Shown here: positions 23,967-33,175 of the stretch, one piece after another | How positions within the stretch are numbered: the stretch's first letter is position 1 | Layout: every line of letters begins with the position of its first letter | NCBI GenBank assembly: GCA_965364305.1 | Contig: CBDTWX010000002.1 | Location: forward strand, 1-42,080 | Reading direction: 5' to 3' | DNA length: 42,080 bases | DNA from: an uncultured Thermoanaerobaculia bacterium | Lineage (GTDB): Bacteria; Acidobacteriota; Thermoanaerobaculia; Thermoanaerobaculales; Sulfomarinibacteraceae | Made by a program: the position numbers and the translations under genes | Notes under the pieces: generated by a model | What the model saw: only the letters and a program-made list of their open reading frames with translations | Database searches by the model: none | What the model was told of the DNA's origin: nothing

Positions 23967-25316
23967 TTAGATCTGAGACTCAGTTTCTAGCTTGTGAAGA
24001 TTCTCGCGCGCGATCTCGAACATCTCCGTGCGATCAGGAAGACCGAGACGCCCCAGCACCCATGGTTTCGACGAGAGTCCCGAAACCCCTCCGGTCAAAA
24101 CGCCCCGGTACTCCTTGATCGCTCCCCTCGTACGACCCAAAGCCTGGAGAGCGAGCGCCAATAAAAAGCGGAACTCGGACATCTCCGGGGCCAGGTAGAG
24201 TGCTGCGCGATAGCAGAGAACCGCCGCATCGATATCCCCGGTACGTTCTCGGGCGATGGCTTCAAGACCGTGGATCGTCGCGTTCTCGGGATATTCAGTC
24301 CGGAGTTTTCCGATGCGAGCAAGCGCGGCTTCCGTTTCACCCGACAGAAAGGCTTCGATGACCTGGTCCAGCCGCTCATCGATGGTGAGGTCGAATGTGC
24401 CGCCCGTGCGCGGGTATTCCGGTTTCGGGACCGCAGTCGTCACGACCCCCCGTTTGACGCCGCTCGGTTCGGTCAGACGGCGTCGCGGACCGTTGGAGGT
24501 CGCTGGCGCACCAGGGTGGCGGTAGCAGAAGCAGGTGCGAAGATCGTGCGCCTCCAGACTGCAGCCGAGGTGGATGAGACTTTCGCTGGGCCCAAGAAAG
24601 AGAAAACCGGTCGGTGCCAAAGTTTCCTCGACTGACTTGACAACCGCGAGCTGCACTTCGGGTCGGAAATAGATCAAGACGTTGCGCAGAAATATCAGAT
24701 CGAACGGGACCTCGGCGAACTGCGCCAAGTCGTCAACCAGGTTCAGATGCCGATAGCGAATGCGAGTCAGCAGCTGACGATCGACATCGTATAACCCGTC
24801 CCGCTGAACAAAATATCGGTCGATGTGTTCCGGAGACACCCGCGCCACCGCGCGCCTTCCATAGCGTCCGAGCCGCGCCTCTTCGAGGGCCGCATCGTCG
24901 ACGTCTGTTGCGAAAACCTCCCACCTCCATTCGTGGAGCAAGGGGTGATCCGCCAGGACTATCGCAATCGTCACCGCTTCCTCACCCTTCGCGCATCCGG
25001 CACACCAGACCCTGAGATGGTGATCGCGACTCTGTTCGACCAACTCTGGAACCACCGTGCTCTGGAGTTTTTCGAACTGAGCCTGACCGCGAAAGAGGTA
25101 TGACTCCTTGATCGTGATTCTGCTCAGGAGACGGCGCCACTCCTCCGAATTCGGGTGCCGCCGGAGATCATCGAGGTACGCCTCCACACCGGCCAGTGAT
25201 CTCTTTTCCGCTCGCTCCTCGGCGTAAGACTGAAGTGCGACAAGACCACGTTCGCGGATCACGAACCCGCTCGTAACCTCGATCAATCTGGCAAGATCGC
25301 GGACCGCGGTATTCAT
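23967..25316 (-). CDS. cheR: chemotaxis protein methyltransferase CheR with C-terminal TPR domain
   Basis: The ATG at 25316 (MNTAVRDLARLIE) overlaps the cheB stop as ATGA. The SAM-methyltransferase core has RVWCAGCAKGEEAVTIAI and FDLIFLRNVLIYF. The C-terminal 130 aa or so carry TPR-like repeats (AVLCYRAALYLAPEMSEFRFLLALALQALGR). Confidence 0.85.
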   Translation of the reverse strand: MNTAVRDLARLIEVTSGFVIRERGLVALQSYAEERAEKRSLAGVEAYLDDLRRHPNSEEWRRLLSRITIKESYLFRGQAQFEKLQSTVVPELVEQSRDHHLRVWCAGCAKGEEAVTIAIVLADHPLLHEWRWEVFATDVDDAALEEARLGRYGRRAVARVSPEHIDRYFVQRDGLYDVDRQLLTRIRYRHLNLVDDLAQFAEVPFDLIFLRNVLIYFRPEVQLAVVKSVEETLAPTGFLFLGPSESLIHLGCSLEAHDLRTCFCYRHPGAPATSNGPRRRLTEPSGVKRGVVTTAVPKPEYPRTGGTFDLTIDERLDQVIEAFLSGETEAALARIGKLRTEYPENATIHGLEAIARERTGDIDAAVLCYRAALYLAPEMSEFRFLLALALQALGRTRGAIKEYRGVLTGGVSGLSSKPWVLGRLGLPDRTEMFEIARENLHKLETESQI

Positions 25317-26341
25317 CGCCGGCCCGTGTGGGCCCCCGCCAAAAGGCGGCCGATCTGCGGTGGTGTGAGGGTCAATGCCACTCCCTGCCGCTCCAAGGCG
25401 GCTCGCGGCATCCCGAAGACAGCGCAGGAGCTCCTCTCCTGAGCGATGGTCAGCACATTCGCCCGTTTCAGCTCCGCCATTCCCACAGCGCCATCGCAAC
25501 CCATCCCCGACAGGAGCACCGCCGCGACCCGATGCGGCGGATGATCGAGCAAGCTGCCAAAAAGCACGTCGACGGCCGGACGATGACTGTTCACCGATTC
25601 AGCGCTGTTGTTGAGTATCAGAGTGCCGTGCGGATCGAGCACCAGGTGGCTATCAGGCGGGGCGATCCGAACACGACCGGCGCCGAGGATTTCGCCGTTG
25701 TGCGCCACCGCCACGTCGATTCCCAACTCGGCCGCCAGCCACTCCGCAAATGCGGTTTCAAACCCGTTGGCGATATGCTGCACCACTGCAATGCCCATCC
25801 GAAAAGGCCGTCTGAGGGTGCGCAGCATCTCGAAGATGGCCTTCGGACCGCCGGTCGATGCACCCACCGCGACGAAGTCTATCAGGCGACTCGTGTCCGG
25901 CGGTGCGTCTGGCTCGACGACATCGTTGGCAGCCGAGTCCGCCAACCCTGCGATCTGATCTACCGCCTCGCAGAGATCCTTGCCGAGCTCTTCCCATTCG
26001 TCCGGGTTTTCGGGTTTGGCGAAGACCGCGACAACTCCGAGCGAATGAGCGCTGAAAGCGACACGCGTGGCCTCGCCCCTCTGCCTCGGGGTGACGATGA
26101 ACATGGGTACCTTGCGGTGGGTCGAAATCGCCTCGACGAGGGCACGACCCCCGAGCGAAGGCAGGTCGAGATCGAGTATCACGGCATCCGGCCGAAGCTC
26201 CGCTGCGAGGCGGGCCGCTTGGCGGCCGTCATCCGCTTCGCCGACAACGCAAATCCCGGGTCGATCTTCGAGCAGTCGGCGAAGAACGGCGCGCACCGAG
26301 AGCGAACGATCCGCCACCAAGACTCCAATGTCAGGCCGCAT
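25313..26341 (-). CDS. cheB: protein-glutamate methylesterase CheB (REC plus methylesterase)
   Basis: The REC domain has GVLVADRSLSVRAVL and AVILDLDLP. The esterase triad contexts are AVGASTGGP, VVQHIANGF and LSGMGCDGA. TTG at 26365 is an alternative start. Confidence 0.9.
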   Translation of the reverse strand: MRPDIGVLVADRSLSVRAVLRRLLEDRPGICVVGEADDGRQAARLAAELRPDAVILDLDLPSLGGRALVEAISTHRKVPMFIVTPRQRGEATRVAFSAHSLGVVAVFAKPENPDEWEELGKDLCEAVDQIAGLADSAANDVVEPDAPPDTSRLIDFVAVGASTGGPKAIFEMLRTLRRPFRMGIAVVQHIANGFETAFAEWLAAELGIDVAVAHNGEILGAGRVRIAPPDSHLVLDPHGTLILNNSAESVNSHRPAVDVLFGSLLDHPPHRVAAVLLSGMGCDGAVGMAELKRANVLTIAQERSSCAVFGMPRAALERQGVALTLTPPQIGRLLAGAHTGRR

Positions 26342-26383
26342 AAGCGACCAGTGCTCTGCCTGCAACCGGCTCGCCGAAGCCGA

Positions 26384-28399
26384 TCATCGACCACCGCCCA
26401 CGCGCTGAACCAGCGCCACCAGTTCGCGAGCGTCCAACCCTTGTTTTGTCAGGTATGCGTCCGCCCCTGATTCAAGGCCTGAGAGACGATCTTTCGGTCG
26501 GTCGAGAGTCGAGATGACAACCACCGGCAGATCGGCAAAACGTTGGTTCTCACGGAGCTTTCGTGTCAAAGCGAGGCCGTCCATTCCCGGCATCTGGATG
26601 TCGGTCACCAGGCAGTCGATATCCGCGCGTTCGAGTGCCAGCAGGGCGTCGGCGGCAGTGCCCACCCCGGTCACGGCGAAGCCCGCGTCCTCCAGCAGAC
26701 GCCGGATCATCTCTCTCGTCACGTCTGAATCATCGACCAGAAGGACCTGGAGAGGCCGCGCCCGGGCGCCGTGCTCCGGTTGCACATCACCAACGGCCTC
26801 GTCGAGAGGTCCTAGTCGATGAAGCGAAAGTACAGTCACCGGACGGCCCGATGAGAGGAGGGTGATGCCCTCGACCACCGCAGGAGCCCCCGCAGCGCCA
26901 GGAATCGGACGAACGATGACCTCCTCCTCGCCCACCACCACGTCGGCGACCAGCGCAATAACCACGCCGCCAGCCGCCATCTCAACCAGTACACCATCAC
27001 CTGACGGAGGTTCGCCGAGAAGATCGGAGAGGAATCGCGCCGCGACGACCTTGTCACCGATCGTCACCTTTCTCCCGGCTCCACTCTCCCGCACCATCTC
27101 CGATGTGATCCGACGATATGCCCGGATCGCGGCCGCCGGGACAGCAACCTGATGCTGCCCCAATCCGAGCACCAGAACCCGTTCGCCGCGGCGCGCCACC
27201 GGCACCTCGATCGTCACCCGAACGCCCTCTCCCATCTTTGAGACGATCCACACATCTCCACCCAACGACCGCACCATCGCGGCAACCGCGTCGAGCCCAA
27301 TACCCCGTCCGGAAAGCTCGGTCTGTTCCTCGCGGGTCGAGAAACCGGCGCGGAAAACCAGTTGCAGAATTTCCGCCTGGGAAAGCTCATCCTTTGAATC
27401 CTCGTCGATGACTCCGTGGCGAATCGCCTTCTCCAGTACCTCCTGTACATCGATTCCACGCCCGTCATCCGCAATCGAAAGACGGACTCGATCACCTTCG
27501 GTGGCCGCCTTGATCGAGATCTTCGCGACGACGGGCTTGCCGTTCTTATGTCGCTCATCCGGTCCTTCGACGCCGTGGTCGACGGCATTCCGTACGAGAT
27601 GCAAAAACGCCTCGCGCAGGGCATCGACGATCCGACGGTCGAGCTGGGCCTCGCCGGCACGCACCGACACCTCGACTTCTTTGCCAAGGGATGCCGCGAG
27701 ATCCCGTGCGTGGTTTGCCAAAACCCGAAGAAATGGTTTCAGTGGCTGAATTTGGAGGCGGAGTACGGCGTCGAGCTGGCGACCGGCAAGCCGACGAAGA
27801 ACCCGCTGCCCTCCTTCAACGTCCACTCCCACCTGGCGCAACGATGTTGCAAGAGTGGCCAAAACCTGTCGGGGCGCTCGCTCACCGACCCCTCGCTCGG
27901 CAAGCGTGGCGAGTCGGAAGATCCGATCCGCGAGACCTTCGGCAGCCGCTGCCACGACTCTCAGGCGCGCCCCCCGTTCGGCGAGGTCGTCGACCACCTT
28001 GGGCGCCACCCGCATCTCCTCTCGCGCTCGTTTCCGCCGCTCCGATCTCGCGTGGGCCGTGACGCCCCGGCGGATCCGCAGATCCGAGATCTCGTCGCCG
28101 CCAGCGGAAAGCGTCTCGAGATTTTTGCGGAGATCTCCCATTCGGCTATCGAAGTCATTCCTAGCGTCGGTGCCCTGCGAATCGACCAGGTCCTCGACCT
28201 CGTGGCACAGCCCTGCCATCGTCGTCAGACCCATCATCCGACTCGCTCCCTTGAGGGCGTGGAGCTCTCGTCTGAACTGCGCCCATGCCTCGTCGTCCTC
28301 CGGCGGAGAGGCCGCCAATTCCTGGAGGCGTGCCACACGATCCACCGCCTCCTCGAGAAAGAGCGTCATCAGTTCGTCGTCAGCGGGTTTGTTGGTCAA
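26384..28399 (-). CDS. cheA: hybrid chemotaxis histidine kinase CheA with C-terminal receiver domain
   Basis: The HPt motif is HALKGASRMMG. The HATPase motifs are LVRNAVDHG, DDGRGID and GRGIGLDAV. A CheW-like domain follows, then REC (VLLVDDSDVTREMI ... LVTDIQMPGMDGL ... ADAYLTK). The start is TTG at 28399 or ATG at 28369. Confidence 0.9.
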   Translation of the reverse strand: MTNKPADDELMTLFLEEAVDRVARLQELAASPPEDDEAWAQFRRELHALKGASRMMGLTTMAGLCHEVEDLVDSQGTDARNDFDSRMGDLRKNLETLSAGGDEISDLRIRRGVTAHARSERRKRAREEMRVAPKVVDDLAERGARLRVVAAAAEGLADRIFRLATLAERGVGERAPRQVLATLATSLRQVGVDVEGGQRVLRRLAGRQLDAVLRLQIQPLKPFLRVLANHARDLAASLGKEVEVSVRAGEAQLDRRIVDALREAFLHLVRNAVDHGVEGPDERHKNGKPVVAKISIKAATEGDRVRLSIADDGRGIDVQEVLEKAIRHGVIDEDSKDELSQAEILQLVFRAGFSTREEQTELSGRGIGLDAVAAMVRSLGGDVWIVSKMGEGVRVTIEVPVARRGERVLVLGLGQHQVAVPAAAIRAYRRITSEMVRESGAGRKVTIGDKVVAARFLSDLLGEPPSGDGVLVEMAAGGVVIALVADVVVGEEEVIVRPIPGAAGAPAVVEGITLLSSGRPVTVLSLHRLGPLDEAVGDVQPEHGARARPLQVLLVDDSDVTREMIRRLLEDAGFAVTGVGTAADALLALERADIDCLVTDIQMPGMDGLALTRKLRENQRFADLPVVVISTLDRPKDRLSGLESGADAYLTKQGLDARELVALVQRVGGGR

Positions 28400-28482
28400 A
28401 AATCACACCCATGCATCGGCGCACATCTCCGGCGGGCGGAAGATTGGTGCACGTCGTCGGCAGAAATCGCTCATCATCGGCG

Positions 28483-30114
28483 TCAGATATTCGTCCAATT
28501 GAGGAGATTGACATCAACCCCGAGGGTGCCCACCATCTCGTCCGCCTGGTCGTGAATCGCAACGGCGATCGTGAAACACGGATCTCCGGTGAGGAGTGAG
28601 TCGTAGAGCGACGTGACCGCCGACCGTTCCTCGCGCGAAACTGCCTGGAACCAGGGTCGGTCGGCATAGGTCTGGCCGACCGCGATGCTGCCGGGAAGCT
28701 CCCGGTCTCCGACAAGCTCTCGGTTGACGACGAACGAAACCATCGAACCTGAAAGATCGACCAGATAGATCAGCTCGAGATATGGGCAGGCGTCGGAGAG
28801 CTCCTCGATCAGCCCTTCGACCGCTTCGAGGTTGCCGGCGTAGTCGCGCAAACGGGCGGTACATCTCGCCAGTTGGTGTTTGATGGAATGATGTGAATCA
28901 ATGCGAAAGCTCTGGGTTAGGAGCTGAATCGAGAGGGCAAGCTGGTTGAGGCTGTCGGAAGCGCCCGTGTACTGGGCAAGCCCGTCAGCGATCCGCTGAA
29001 CGACCTCGCTGACCTCCCGCAACGTCAGAACCACCTCGTCGGATGCGGTGCGTTGCTCGTGGGTAGCCAGGGAGATCTCTCGCGCCGCCTGCGCCGTCTC
29101 CGACAACGCGCTTCGGAGCTGCGAGATCGCCTCTTCGGACGAACGGCTTTGGTGCAACACCTGGCTGGCCGCCTTGCTCCCCTCCTCGGTCGCCACCACC
29201 ACGCCTCGAATCGATCCCGAAAACTCATCGAGGTGGGAGCGCACCGAGTCGACGGATTCGCACGAGCGCTCAGCCAGACGCCTCACTTCCTCAGCAACGA
29301 CCGAGAATCTTTCACCATGCTCGCCCGCGGCCGAGGCCTCGATGGCTGCGTTGAGAGCCAGAATGTGGGTCTCCTGCGCGATCTCGGTGATGAGGTCGAG
29401 AATTCGGTAGATCTCCCGCGATCGGCTTCCAAGGGCGTCAGCCCTGCCGGAGATCGCTTCCATGTGCTGTCGCACCGCTTCAACTCCCGACACCGCCGCC
29501 TCGACCGAGGCCGCGCCGTCGTCGCCCGCCTTCTCCGATTGAGCTGCGAGGTCGGCCTGGGTTGCGGCGTTGCGGGCGATCTGTCCGGCGGTGCGCGCCA
29601 GCTCCTCAGTGGTGGCCGTGATTTCGACGACCGCTGCGGCCTGTTGGCTGGAGGCCGAGGCAAGCTCGGACGAGGTGCGTTGTACCGAGCCAGCGGCGGT
29701 GGCTACCTCGACCGAGGAGCTTTGGATCTGCTGGATCAAGACCGCCAGCGCCCGGCTTGCAGCTTTGACCGAGCTTTGCATCTCCTCGGGTAGTTCCTCG
29801 TGCGATTCACCCGCCAACACCAGGTCGCCGCGCCGAAGCTCGTCGAGAACTCTCGTCATCGCAGTGCAATGGGCGCCGTGCAGTTCCCGAAGCGACCTCA
29901 GCTCCTCAACCGTCCGACGATGGGGATGATGGACCAACAGCACATAACTCACGACCCCGAGCACGGCGACGACGAGAAAGGCGCGCACGTACCAGCCCTC
30001 TCGAGGTTGGTCGGCAGCCGCTTCAATGAATGCACCAGCCACAAGCAACATGAGTACCACCAAAGCCGGCCCGAGCCAGGCTCGCACCCCTCGCCTCTCG
30101 CGCGCTTCAGACAT
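28483..30114 (-). CDS. methyl-accepting chemotaxis protein with minimal periplasmic loop and C-terminal Cache/PAS-like domain
   Basis: The ATG at 30114 (MSEARERRG) is followed by two TM helices about 12 aa apart. The conserved MCP hairpin tip is EIAQETHILALNAAIEASAAGEHGERFSVVAEEVRRLAERS. About 139 aa lie C-terminal to the signalling domain, with YADRPWFQAV ... SLYDSLLTGDPCFTIAVAIHD ... VGTLGVDVNL. Confidence 0.85.
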   Translation of the reverse strand: MSEARERRGVRAWLGPALVVLMLLVAGAFIEAAADQPREGWYVRAFLVVAVLGVVSYVLLVHHPHRRTVEELRSLRELHGAHCTAMTRVLDELRRGDLVLAGESHEELPEEMQSSVKAASRALAVLIQQIQSSSVEVATAAGSVQRTSSELASASSQQAAAVVEITATTEELARTAGQIARNAATQADLAAQSEKAGDDGAASVEAAVSGVEAVRQHMEAISGRADALGSRSREIYRILDLITEIAQETHILALNAAIEASAAGEHGERFSVVAEEVRRLAERSCESVDSVRSHLDEFSGSIRGVVVATEEGSKAASQVLHQSRSSEEAISQLRSALSETAQAAREISLATHEQRTASDEVVLTLREVSEVVQRIADGLAQYTGASDSLNQLALSIQLLTQSFRIDSHHSIKHQLARCTARLRDYAGNLEAVEGLIEELSDACPYLELIYLVDLSGSMVSFVVNRELVGDRELPGSIAVGQTYADRPWFQAVSREERSAVTSLYDSLLTGDPCFTIAVAIHDQADEMVGTLGVDVNLLNWTNI

Positions 30115-30574
30115 GACTGTCCTCCGTGGGCGGCCATTCATCTGCAAATAATACGGATGTGTCGAGCAGCTTGACGGCACCCCGGTCAAATGTCGCGGTC
30201 CCGTCCAACAAACTGCCTTCACCCGGTTCAATATTCGAAAACTCGCTCATCGCGGCAACCCGCAAGGCCTCGTCAACCGCCAGACCGAGGACTGTATGGG
30301 CCCCACCTCGTTCACGTCCGAGTATGACCGTCGCGCGGTTGTTCGCCCGCGGCGCGCTCCCGGTAACGAGGGTGAGGATGTCGAGAACGGCCAACGGTTC
30401 ACCGCCGTACTGGGCGAGCCCGAGGAGATGCGGTTTGCCGCCTGGGACGGGGTGGCAGATCAGACCGCGCACGATGCGACGGACCTGGTTCGCCGGCAGG
30501 GCGCATACAATCCCCCCGGAACGCACCAGAAGAAATCGCCGATCTCCATGTCCACGAGCAACTTCCTGATTCAC
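30107..30574 (-). CDS. cheW: chemotaxis coupling protein CheW
   Basis: 155 aa with a GTG start. CheW-like patterns are present (FLLVRSGGIVCALPANQVRRI, LGLAQYGGEPLAVLDI, LGLAVDE). The stop overlaps the mcp start by 8 nt. Confidence 0.85.
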   Translation of the reverse strand: MNQEVARGHGDRRFLLVRSGGIVCALPANQVRRIVRGLICHPVPGGKPHLLGLAQYGGEPLAVLDILTLVTGSAPRANNRATVILGRERGGAHTVLGLAVDEALRVAAMSEFSNIEPGEGSLLDGTATFDRGAVKLLDTSVLFADEWPPTEDSHV

Positions 30575-30630
30575 ACCGATCAGGATAGCACTGAGGCCCC
30601 CGACCTCCCGCCCGAACTGGGAATCGAGAA

Positions 30631-30885
30631 TTAGCCCGGAACGGATTTCGAATTTCGGATCTCCCGTCCACCCACCCGATTCTCGATACTCGATGCTCGA
30701 CGCAAAGAAGCTGTAGAGACCTCCACGATGATTCCCGAAACAGTGCCGGCGGCGTGCAAATCGCTGCCTCCGATCCTGAAACTGGTCGCTGCCGCTGACG
30801 GCTGCCGCTGCATCCTGTTGCTGACTACTGCTGCTGATCCTGCCACTGATCCCTTACGCTGAACCTGTTGCTGACGCTGTCTCGG
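30631..30885. repeat. composite intergenic repeat: GGATTTCGAATTTCGGA module, minus-strand core CGGGTGGGTGGACGG, CTCGAT-period module, then CTG-phased module ending CGCTGTCTCGG
   Basis: The 15-mer GGATTTCGAATTTCG (30643-30657) is identical to 33217-33231. The core 30664-30678 is the reverse complement of 35763-35777. CGCTGTCTCGG (30875-30885) recurs at 158-168. Confidence 0.75.
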
Positions 30886-30899
30886 GCAACTCGACGGGA

Positions 30900-31718
30900 T
30901 TATTCCTGGGCAGCGGATGTTTCAGCGGAGCCGGATGACCAGTCGTACTCGGAGCCGCGGAGGCTGTGGGGGATGAGGAAGATCCCCATCATCACGATCC
31001 AGCCGATGATCACCGCGGCGCGGGTTCGAAGCCGACGAACGGCGACCACCGTGGCCGGCAGCCAGGCGATAAACGCGATGAGGGTTTTGTTGTCCGTGAG
31101 ATCGTTTCCGATCGGCCAACCCGTCCAATAGGCACCGAAGGCGAACTTTTGGACGATCGGACCGAGCATCAATCCACCGGTGATGAGCAGGGCCATCGAG
31201 GTCAGAATCAGCCCTCTCGCGTTGGGTTTGCCGGGCCGCAGCACCTCGAAGAGCGCCCTCGTCGACACCAGCATGCTCGCGAACATCGCCAGGATATGCG
31301 GAATCAGAACCCCCGCGGGAACCGAGGCTCGGTAGCGCGCGACAACCGCCGTGCCGGTGGGTATCGTGACCGCCCCTCCACGGCCGCGAATCACGATCCG
31401 GTACTCGACCTTGCCGGCCGGGGGTTGCTTGGGAATGGTCGCCACAACGCGCCCCTCGGCGTTCGCCACCATCTCGAGTTCCGTAAACGGTTCCTCGGTC
31501 GGGTAGCGGCGCCACTCGAGCGTCGCCTGGGCGCCACTCTGCGGTGCTGGAATGGCGATGTTCAACCTTCCCCGTCCCTGATCCGAACGGGGCAAGCGAT
31601 AGTTGATCGTCTCGCCATGTGACAGCTCCGCCGCACCGCGCAGCGGGTAGCTCGGCCCGGTCATCCGCTGGAAGACGGCAAGCATGACCGTCACCACGAA
31701 TGCGGCGACCCACAACAC
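30900..31718 (-). CDS. hypothetical integral membrane protein (N-terminal TM, extracytoplasmic beta-rich domain, about four C-terminal TM helices)
   Basis: A 272-aa ORF with a GTG start 25 nt after the upstream gene's stop. The hydrophobic segments are WVAAFVVTVMLAVF, VLIPHILAMFASMLV, LILTSMALLITGGLMLGPIV, LIAFIAWLPATVVAV and AVIIGWIVMMGIFLI. I recognise no family. Confidence 0.5.
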   Translation of the reverse strand: MLWVAAFVVTVMLAVFQRMTGPSYPLRGAAELSHGETINYRLPRSDQGRGRLNIAIPAPQSGAQATLEWRRYPTEEPFTELEMVANAEGRVVATIPKQPPAGKVEYRIVIRGRGGAVTIPTGTAVVARYRASVPAGVLIPHILAMFASMLVSTRALFEVLRPGKPNARGLILTSMALLITGGLMLGPIVQKFAFGAYWTGWPIGNDLTDNKTLIAFIAWLPATVVAVRRLRTRAAVIIGWIVMMGIFLIPHSLRGSEYDWSSGSAETSAAQE

Positions 31719-31742
31719 GACCGTGATCTTTTTGTTGATAGA

Positions 31743-33065
31743 TCAGCTCCCGTCCACGACCTTTGCCACCATCTCCTCGATCGTGCCCGGGTCGACCTCT
31801 TCAAGCTCGTAGCTGACGTTGGCGATCGGCTTGTTGACCGTGATGATCCGCCGGAGATTGATCGGCGTGCCCTCGACCACGACGTCGGCATCAGCGGCGT
31901 TGATGGTGTCCTGGAGATCCTTTACCTGGTGGTCTCCATAACCCATCGCCGGCAGGATCCTCGACGCGTTGGGGTACTTGTCGTAGGTCTCCTTGATCGT
32001 GCCGACGGCGTGCGGACGCGCATCGACGATTTCCGAGGCACCGGCTTGTTTGGCGGCAAACCACCCGGCTCCGTACTCCATTCCGCCGTGGGTGAGCGTC
32101 GGTCCGTCTTCGACAACGAGAGCGCGTTTGCCGGCGATGAGCTCGGGCTGGTCGGCGGTGATCACCGAACGGCACTTGATCACCCGTGCAGAGGGGTTGG
32201 CTTCGCGGCAGGTGTCGAGCACCTGCTCCACCTTGACCGGGTCAGCGGTATCCACCTTGTTGATGATCAGAAGGTGGGAAATTCGCAGGTTGGTTTCACC
32301 CGGGTAGTAGGTCAGCTCGTGGCCCGCACGGTGCGGATCGACGAGAGTAACGTGGAGATCAGGGCGATAAAAGGGCGTGTCGTTGTTGCCCCCGTCCCAC
32401 AGAATGACGTCCGCCTCTTTCTCGGCCTCGCGGACGATCTGTTCGTAGTCGACCCCGGCATAGACCACGAAACCGTTGTCGATGTGCGGCTCGTACTCCT
32501 CACGCTCCTCGATCGTGCACTGATGACGATCCAGATCTTCATAGTTCTCGAATCGTTGGCACGCCTGTTTTGCAAGGTCGCCGTACGGCATCGGGTGGCG
32601 GATCGCCACCACTTTTTTACCCATCGCCTTGAGGATTCGCGACACGTAGCGGGTGGTCTGCGATTTGCCGACGCCGGTCCGAACCGCGGTAATGGCGATG
32701 ACTGGCTTGGTGCTTTCGATCATGGTCTTGGTGGCAGAGCTGATCACGAAGTGAGGACCCCAGCCGATCACTTCGCTGCATTTGTTCATGACATAGGTGT
32801 GGGGCACGTCGGAGTAGCTGAACCACACCTCGTCGACAGCGTTTTCCTTGATCACGTTTTCGAGGTCTTCTTCGGGCAGAATCGGAATGCCCGTTGGATA
32901 GAGCGATCCAGCAAGCTCGGTCGGATAGGTCCGGTCCTCGATATCCGGGATCTGGGTGGCGGTAAAGGCCACGACGTCGTAGTCCTCGTTGTCGCGAAAA
33001 AGACAATTGAAATTGTGGAAGTCTCGGCCAGCCGCACCCATGATGACGACCTTCGTTCGTGCCAT
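31743..33065 (-). CDS. COG2403-type P-loop protein (family annotated as predicted GTPase / cyclic 2,3-diphosphoglycerate synthetase)
   Basis: The ATG at 33065 gives MARTKVVIMGAAGRDFHNFN. There is an internal P-loop, AITAVRTGVGKSQTT, and a DGGNND motif. The family assignment is from memory of these N-terminal and P-loop patterns and has not been searched. Confidence 0.55.
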   Translation of the reverse strand: MARTKVVIMGAAGRDFHNFNCLFRDNEDYDVVAFTATQIPDIEDRTYPTELAGSLYPTGIPILPEEDLENVIKENAVDEVWFSYSDVPHTYVMNKCSEVIGWGPHFVISSATKTMIESTKPVIAITAVRTGVGKSQTTRYVSRILKAMGKKVVAIRHPMPYGDLAKQACQRFENYEDLDRHQCTIEEREEYEPHIDNGFVVYAGVDYEQIVREAEKEADVILWDGGNNDTPFYRPDLHVTLVDPHRAGHELTYYPGETNLRISHLLIINKVDTADPVKVEQVLDTCREANPSARVIKCRSVITADQPELIAGKRALVVEDGPTLTHGGMEYGAGWFAAKQAGASEIVDARPHAVGTIKETYDKYPNASRILPAMGYGDHQVKDLQDTINAADADVVVEGTPINLRRIITVNKPIANVSYELEEVDPGTIEEMVAKVVDGS

Positions 33066-33175
33066 GACAATCCTCCTCGAGGCCCGTTGTGGGGAGTTCC
33101 GATCCGCCTCGGGCCGGACCACCGGGTGAAGCTGAACCGGCAGCGCCGGGCATTCTACCATCCGCCCGCCCGATA

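Noticed and set aside
30755-30768. Sigma-54-like promoter upstream of the che operon (minus strand AGGCAGCGATTTGCA).
   Set aside because: The GG and GC dinucleotides are separated by 9 nt rather than the strictly required 10. The -24 element is GGCAG rather than GGCAC. I found no properly spaced TGGCAC-N5-TTGC elsewhere by eye.
30760-30885. Possibility that the short tandem modules are a CRISPR array or its remnant.
   Set aside because: The period is only about 8-10 nt with no repeat-spacer alternation of 25-40 nt units. There are no cas genes, and the units are degenerate.
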